A DNA stretch of 64,000 nucleotides from Eledone cirrhosa. Taxonomy: Eukaryota. The position numbers and the translations under genes were made by a program. Of the stretch, positions 56,501 to 64,000 are shown one piece after another; positions within the stretch are counted from its first letter, which is position 1; each line of letters begins with the position of its first letter. The stretch covers positions 36,828,001 through 36,892,000 of the forward strand of contig OZ024756.1 of the NCBI GenBank assembly GCA_964016885.1, read 5' to 3'. The notes beneath the pieces are model-generated. The model searched no databases. It was given only the letters and a program-made list of their open reading frames with translations, and was not told the origin of the DNA.

Positions 56501-59500
56501 AGAGAAGGGGTTGGGAGGTCCCTTCCGTTGTGTCAAGATCATGACAATCTCTCTTGGGCTGGTACTATGATAAAATACACTTGGTAGAGCGTGGGACCAT
56601 ATGTAAGTGAGATGTGTGTTCCCGGCCTGCCTATGAGGTCAGTAGACCTGTTTCAGTACTGACTTGGTCTGTGAAAACCTGTCTGAAAGCAGGCACGTTA
56701 AATAATGATGATAATATAAATCAGTGTTTAATTAATTTTTTATTTTTATTAAATTTCAGAAGATGATAGTGTATTTTTGCAGTTTAATTTAAATGTAAAT
56801 GGTGTACGTGATGTTCATGAAAGTCTGGAGCAAGAAACTACTGGAGGAAGTCAGCCATGTTCTGAAGAATCACCAACAAAAGAAGTAAGTTAACCCTTTT
56901 ATTACCATATTTTTAATGAAAGGCACTGCCTAAGATTTTCAGATCATTTTCAAAAAATTCTAGAGTTTTGAGAGATTTAGTAATGTAACTTAACTTTCTC
57001 ATTTTGAAGCAGTTGCAATAGTTAGCAGCATAAACTTAACAAAAATTCAGACATAATATTGATGCAATGTTTTTAGATATAAATGAAGATGTGTATAGAT
57101 TTTGTTTCAAAGAAAGAGAAAACTCTTTGTTTTTCAGATTTGGTTCAACAAACTTCCTCCTATCATGACGTTTATGCTAACACGCTATGACTATAACAAA
57201 CAGCTGCAACGATCGGAGAAATTACACAGCAAGTTAGAGTTTCCTCAAGTACTTTTTATGGATAGGTGAGTTGATTATTTTTACTCTGGGAAAATTTCAA
57301 ATATTGCTGCAGCCACTCTGCAAAAACTTTACAGCTGACACCTACTCAGATGTAGCTGTCGGTCTGTGGCTTGTCTGTGAGAGGGCAGTAATAACAGTTA
57401 AGTACTGATGTGATCTGTTCTGATCTGTCTAATATGTGTCAGCATGGAAAAAGGGATGTTAAATAATGATAATGATTTTTAAATAGAAACATTTATTATT
57501 ATTATTAATAATAAAGCTACGGCGGTGGATTGGCAGTATTGGTAGAGCATCGGACACCCTGCTTCGCAGCATAGTTACAGCCAGCCCTTTATATTCTGAG
57601 TTCAAATCCCGCTGAAGTTAGTTTTGCCTTTCATCCTTATGAGGTCGATAAAATAAAGTACCAGTAATGCATTGGGGTTGATTTAATCGATTTTCCCCCT
57701 TCCTCCTAAAATTGTTGGCCTTGTACCTAAATCTGAAACTATTATTATTATTAGTAGTGAAGCTGATGGATTATATTGTTGTTGTTCTAGATATATGCAT
57801 ATCAACAAAACTGAAACTAAAAAAAGACGTGAAGATTCTAAAAAACTGCGAGAACAACTGCAAACCTTGCAAGCAAAATTAGACACGTGAGTTTACTTCA
57901 TTTTTCTGTCTGTCAGTCTGTCTTTGTATATGTTACTTTGATCTCCTAAGCCAGTGTTTCAACAAAGTTGATTCCACGAGGGTCCGTTGGAAAGTTCATA
58001 GGCTGAATGACCAAGATACTCTCATTGATTGACCAAATGAGGTTGATTTTTCAATGCAGTTATTAAGAGTTGCAATTAATGTATGCAAGATTTCACAGCT
58101 CTACTATCAATCCTTCATAGTCAGTCTATGAACTTTTTAGCTGACCCTTGTACAAGATAAGGTGTATTTTGATAAAATTTAATAAAAAATATATTGTTTT
58201 TATGTCAATAAATCTGGTTACCTGTCTCTGTTTGAATATATTTCTTTCTGTAAAGTGGTTGAACAAACCAAAGCAGTGTGGAGTCGAAAGGACCTTTTGG
58301 ACCTGTTTAGGGTTTGACAAACTCTCTAGTACTGTTGCTATGATACAGTGCACTCTGTAAAGATGTTGGCATTAGGAAGGGTATCTAGCTGTAGAAATCA
58401 TGTTAAATATGGAATATATGAGCAAGATATGGTCTCCAACCAATCTAATCTTTGACTGTGGCAATTTGTTCAACCTGTGTTATGGAAAAGGGACAGAAGG
58501 ATGGTGATGATGTTAATTTTGTTATTCATATATATGTATATATATATTGTTTTTGACACAAGAACATTCTACTATTATTTCCAGCTTTATCAATTATGGG
58601 TCGGGAAGAAAGCGTGTCCCTCTGCAAGATGTGTTACAGTATGCTTTAGAATTTGCTGAAAGTAAGAGAGGCTGTGATGATACTCCTGTTAAGGACAGTG
58701 GTGGTTTCAATGATGTTGAAATGGTATCACCAAAACCATCAACGTCTGGGTAAGTTGATTTGTAATCCTTGTATGAAGATATTGTTGACTGCGTACATGT
58801 TGAGATTGTCTACATTTTTGCTATGTGTTTAAATATATTTGAAAATTAACACATTTATTTCTTATATTTCTAATGAAAGACACTGCCTTTAATTTTCAAA
58901 TCATTTTGAAAATAATCAAGAATTTGGAGGAATTTAGTAATATAACATTTTCGTTATTAATCCAGTGTTTGTAGCATAACTTAAATGTTCTTATATAAAA
59001 TTATGATGGAAGGTTTTTATATAACTATAAACACTTTAACTCTTTTCTTATCATATTTCTAATGAAAGGTACTGCTTATAATTTTTCAAATAATTTTGAA
59101 AATAATAAAAAATTTAGAGAAATTTAGTAATACAATTTACTTTCTCATTATTAATTTGGTGTTTGGAACATAAAGGTTTTTACATGAAATTATGATGGAA
59201 GATGTTTAGATAACTCTAAATACTTTAAGACAAACAGTATTATAGTATAGAACCAGGGGTTATTTTTAGGTGCTTTAGTATAAAGGATGTTAGATATATA
59301 ATTTTCTTTTTTGTTTTTGTTTTTAATATAATTTGTTTTTGTTGCTTTTGTTCCATGTTATTCCAGCAGTGTTGGTTGTTCTGAGACACGAGAGCAAGTA
59401 TCAGGTCATATTAATTCACCTCCTGTCAGTCCAATGTTAACCATCAAAGTACCGAACCCAGCACCTAAAAATATATCTGACAGCGAGCTTCAAGTTCTGC

Positions 59501-62260
59501 AGGATTGCTTATGTCGGTGGCGAACTGAAGTGGAAAATGAAGTGAGGGGTTAGTAAAACTAAGTTGCTTCATGTTTTTCTTATAATATTTCTAATGAAAG
59601 ACACACTTCCTACAGTTTTTCAAACAACTTTTAACATCATCGTTTAACGTCCACTTTCCATGCTAGTGTGGGTTAGATGGGTTGTCCCATACAGTGTGTG
59701 CTGGATGCCTTTTGTTTTGACTTTGTAAATGAAAAATTTGGAATGATTCAGTAATAACTTTTTTTCAATATTAAGCTACTGCTTGGAACATAAAAAAAAT
59801 ATGTGGAGTTTATATATATATATATTTGAAAATTATATTAGAATATAAGTTAACACAGGTTTTTATGTAAAATTATGATTGAGAGTTTTTAAATAAATAT
59901 AAACACTTTAACCCCTTTGTAATCATATTTCTAATGAAAGACATTACTTATAATTTTTAAATAATAATTCTCCCCCCAAATTGTTAGCCTTTTGCCTTAA
60001 TTAGAAACCATTAATGAATTATAATCAACATTTTAAAAATTATTTTACAGAACTGCAAGAAAATATTAGTATATTGGAGAGTAAGATCAACGAAATGTAC
60101 AGTGATGCTGGCATGCAGAAGGTAAGACATTTTATTATTGTGATGGTGTGTAGCTTTGTGATTAGGGAATTCAGTTCAGTGGCACGTTCTGTCCTTGAGT
60201 TGGACACTTTATTTCATGTTGCTCCAGTTCACTCAGCTGGCAAAAATGAGTTGTACCTGTAATTCGAAGGGTCAATCTTGTTACATTCTGTGTCATGCTG
60301 AATCTCCCTGAGAACTATGTTATGGAGAGACGTGTTTGTCGAATGCTCAACCACTAGCACGTTAATTTCACGAGCAGTCTGTTCTGTTGATCGGATCAAC
60401 TGGAACACTCGTCATTGTAACTGACAGAGTGCTTTCCATTCCATTCCATTATTGTTAGCAGAATCATTAGAGCATTGGATAACATGTTTTGCAGTATTTA
60501 GTTATGGATCATTGCATTCTGGGTTCAAATCCTACCAAGGTCAACTTTGCCTTTCATTCTTCCAGGATCGATAAAATAAAATACCTTTAAAGAACTGGGG
60601 CCAATTTAATTGACTTCCCCCCTTTCCCCCTCACGTGTTTGTGTCTATATACTTCATTGTTTAATTTTAAAATTTTATTTCTATTAAAGTATCCCTACCA
60701 CCTACATGCTGTCCTCGTTCACGAGGGACAGACAGCTTCTGGTCACTACTGGGCTTACATCTTTGACCTGAAGAAACAGCGCTGGCTGAAATTTAATGAC
60801 ATAACAGTCAGTGAAGCTACTTGGGAAGAATTAGAAAAGGAGAGTGTTGGTGGCTACCACAACGCCACAGCTTACTGTCTTATCTATATTGATCAAAACA
60901 GAGCTGACGTTAAAGCAGGTAAAGTAACCAATTTTTCTACCTTCTTATTTCTTGACTCTCCTCCTCATCAGTGCATTGTAGTGCACCTGAGCACTTTACA
61001 CAATAATTTCATTATTATTAAGACAGCAGGTACTCGGAAATGATTTAATGATCATCGGTTTACCTTATGTAGGAAATGTTGTCACTGTGTGAGATCAGGC
61101 TGGTCAGAGAACCATGTTTTGCACATACCTTCCATATTTGATATAGTTTTCAATGGCTATGACTGGTCACCCTTTGTCATGCCAATCACTTTACATCGTG
61201 TACCCACTGTATTTTATGTCATCAGCAGAATAAAAACTACACTACGATTTACAAGCAACTTCCTACATCTTTTGTGAGTTCCAGTCCAGTCCAGCTAAAT
61301 TTCTCTGGCCACATCTTGTTACAATCCTGTTGTCCTAATTGTATTCACTTCAGGTTTCCTCCTTGACCTTCCAAGGTCATGGTAGCACCTATAGGGTGGA
61401 GCAGTATATCAACTCCCTATATCCATGTTGTGAGCCAAGTTTGGAGTTGTTATATACAAACTCCTTACCTGTCCATTCCTTCATGTTATCCACCTGTTTC
61501 TTCTTTGAATGTCCTTACCTTCTTTTTCCTTGTACTGTTCCTTAGAGGAGGATGGTCTTGATTAATTCATCAGGTCTTGTCTCACACATGACTTGGTGAT
61601 GGTGATGACTGTGCCATCTTATTTTCCTTTTCTTTACAGTGGTTATCAGGTTTTTGTAGTTCCCCACATGTTACCTGATTGCCATGGGAATGTTTTCCTT
61701 ATGTGTTCAGTGTAGGAGATACTCGTGATCTTTTTCTCTAGCATCTCATTTCAAATATCAGTATTTTGCTCTGTAATCCCACTGTCGACATCCACATCTT
61801 GCAGGCATATATAGAGATGGAGATTAATAGAGCAAGCATGAATTTTAGTTTAGCTTTGAGACTGATCTTGTTGTCTTGCCATATGGGTCTTACTAATGCT
61901 GCCGTATTGTATAAGAGTAAAAAAGATATTAAATAGGAAACATAATAAATTATGATTGAAATAATGTAAATATGTTAAATCTTCTCCGTAAGTGTTCTAT
62001 GATCACTGTACTGTTTGTTACATATAACATCTGTCTCTTGTTTCTTGTCTCAGATACCGAGGACATGGAGTTACCAATGTCACAGTTACCACCCTATCTA
62101 CAGCAGCTCGTTAACGAGGACAACCAGAAGTTTCAGAAAGAGATTGAAGACTGGGACCGAGAACAAATGAAGAAGATAGCTCCCTCAGCAGCGGCAGCGG
62201 CGGCGGCAGCAGCAGCTGTTGGGGACCCTGAAATAAACCCAGTTTCAAAAAGTAAAAACA
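38383..62260 (+). CDS. USP25: Ubiquitin carboxyl-terminal hydrolase 25/28-like deubiquitinase, 17 exons visible, 3' end beyond the window
   Basis: Exons: 38383-38424 ([14 protein letters not shown], like the USP25 MTVEQ start), 48661-48822 (UBA-like), 51781-51856, 52547-52757 (VIDLT SIM, Q21, UIM), 53436-53601 (UIM end; Cys box [16 protein letters not shown]), 54124-54210, 54837-54986, 55622-55722 (QQ|DVSEF), 56159-56232, 56760-56884, 57138-57265, 57791-57886, 58585-58749 (LQYALEFA), 59367-59548 (PAP...RWRTEVE), 60051-60121, 60690-60918 (His box [17 protein letters not shown]), 62054-62260 (donor uncertain). Phases are consistent. Confidence 0.93.
39948..40096 (+). mobile_element. (TA)n-embedded palindromic element, family P
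   Basis: Same tail as 27678; fold GGAAAAGGTATGACC...GACGGCTATTTCTGGAC/GTCCAGAAATAGCCGTC-GAAACGGC...GCCGTT-GGTCATACCTTTTCC. Confidence 0.78.
44770..45035. repeat. Three degenerate ~105-bp tandem copies
   Basis: ATGAGATGCAACCTTGTAGGAGG...AAACC...GGTGTGAACTGTAA repeated; a related reverse copy near 41175-41225. Confidence 0.65.
45565..45830. repeat. Minisatellite, ~22-bp unit
   Basis: TTTCATCAGACATTGTGTTGGG recurring. Confidence 0.9.
48942..49184 (+). mobile_element. piggyBac-like MITE family B, full-length example (many fragments across the window)
   Basis: TTAA-CCCTTTTGTTACCA...TGGTATCAAAAGGG-TTAA; interior ATATTTCTAATGAAAGACACTG...GAGGGATTTAGTAATATAAC recurs many times. Confidence 0.8.
55838..56066 (+). 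mobile_element. piggyBac-like MITE family A
   Basis: TTAACCCTTTAGC...TAAAGGGTTAA with the family interior. Confidence 0.78.
61300..61890 (-). mobile_element. Decayed RTE-clade LINE fragment
   Basis: Minus-strand translation fragments [33 protein letters not shown] resemble the post-RT region of RTE ORFs. Confidence 0.6.
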
Positions 62261-62389
62261 GTGAGGATTATTTGGAATTCAACTTTAATTTTTTATCTTT
62301 TTCCCCTTTTTAATTTTTTTTTTTTTTCAATTTTGTCATGGATACTTCTGTTATAGTTCATCTAATACAGAAATGGATTGGTCTACACA

Positions 62390-64000
62390 CTGACAGCTGG
62401 ACATAGTGACAGCTGGACATAGTGACAGCTGGACATACAGACAGCTGGACATACAGACAGCTGGACATAGTGACAGCTGGACATAGTGACAGCTGGACAT
62501 AGTGACAGCTGGACATAGTGACAGCTGGATATAGTGACAGCTGGACATAGTGACAGCTGGACATACAGACAGCTAGACATGCTGACAGCTGGACATACAG
62601 TCAGCTAGACATGCTGACAGCTGGACATAGTGACAGCTGGACATAGTGACAGCTGGACATAGTGACAGCTGGACATAGTGACAGCTGGACATAGTGACAG
62701 CTGGACATAGTGACAGCTGGACATACAGACAGCTAGACATGCTGACAGCTAGACATGCTGACAGCTGGACATGCTGACAGCTAGACATGCTGACAGCTGG
62801 ACATGCTGACAGCTAGACATGCTGACAGCTAGACATGCTGACAGCTAGACATGCTGACAGCTAGACATACAGTTAGCTAGACATGCTGACAGCTGGACAT
62901 GCTGACAGCTGGACATACAGTTAGCTAGACATGCTGACAGCTGGACATGCTGACAGCTAGACATGCTGACAGCTGGACATGCTGACAGCTAGACATACAG
63001 ACAGCTAGACATGCTGACAGCTGGACATGCTGACAGCTGGACATGCTGACAGCTAGACATACAGACAGCTAGACATGCTGACAGCTGGACATGCTGACAG
63101 CTGGACATGCTGACAGCTAGACATACAGACAGCTAGACATGCTGACAGCTGGACATGCTGACAGCTGGACATGCTGACAGCTAGACATACAGACAGCTAG
63201 ACATGCTGACAGCTGGACATACAGACAGCTAGACATGCTGACAGCTGGACATGCTGACAGCTAGACATGCTGACAGCTAGACATGCTGACAGCTGGACAT
63301 GCTGACAGCTAGACATACAGACAGCTAGACATGCTGACAGCTGGACATGCTGACAGCTGGACATGCTGACAGCTAGACATGCTGACAGCTAGACATGCTG
63401 ACAGCTAGACATGCTGACAGCTGGACATGCTGACAGCTAGACATGCTGACAGCTGGACATACAGACAGCTAGACATGCTGACAGCTAGACATGCTGACAG
63501 CTAGACATGCTGACAGCTGGACATGCTGACAGCTAGACATACAGACAGCTAGACATACAGACAGCTGGACATGCTGACAGCTGGACATGCTGACAGCTAG
63601 ACATACAGACAGCTAGACATGCTGACAGCTGGACATGCTGACAGCTGGACATGCTGACAGCTGGACATGCTGACAGCTGGACATGCTGACAGCTGGACAT
63701 GCTGACAGCTAGACATGCTGACAGCTGGACATACAGTCAGCTAGACATGCTGACAGCTGGACATACAGACAGCTAGACATGCTGACAGCTGGACATACAG
63801 ACAGCTAGACATGCTGACAGCTGGACATGCTGACAGCTGGACATGCTGACAGCTAGACATACAGACAGCTAGACATGCTGACAGCTGGACATGCTGACAG
63901 CTGGACATGCTGACAGCTAGACATGCTGACAGCTAGACATGCTGACAGCTAGACATGCTGACAGCTAGACATGCTGACAGCTGGACATGCTGACAGCTGG
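62390..64000. repeat. Satellite/minisatellite, 16-bp unit, ~100 copies, running off the window
   Basis: Unit TGACAGCT(G/A)GACAT(GC/AG), with ACAG variants. Confidence 0.97.

Noticed and set aside
60687-60697. GTATCCCT resembling a U12 donor
   Set aside because: It is the AAG acceptor plus the first codons (TAT CCC) of the His-box exon; the frame requires this reading.

Overview
AT-rich, microsatellite- and SINE-dense animal genomic DNA; the repeat landscape suggests an octopus or other coleoid mollusc (inference). Three intron-rich genes can be spliced by hand with consistent phases. (1) The 3' part of an ABCG1/ABCG4-like half-transporter (+, 10 exons, 1982-16515; 5' end lies before the window). 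(2) A complete GPR89/Golgi pH regulator gene (-, 15 coding exons, 456 aa, 37624-26451) containing a U12-type intron. (3) A USP25/USP28-like deubiquitinase (+, at least 17 exons from 38383, running off the window), head-to-head with GPR89 (758 bp between ATGs). Introns hold tRNA-derived SINEs, RTE-LINE remnants, two TTAA-flanked piggyBac-like MITE families and many minisatellites, three of them visibly derived from transposons. Most notable are (TA)n-embedded elements with hammerhead-ribozyme-like folds (one near-intact, one four-copy covarying family lacking the CUGAnGA core), decoy duplicated exon starts that lead to stops, and a ~430-nt inverted SINE hairpin next to a GPR89 exon. Almost all entries in the supplied ORF track are repeat artefacts.
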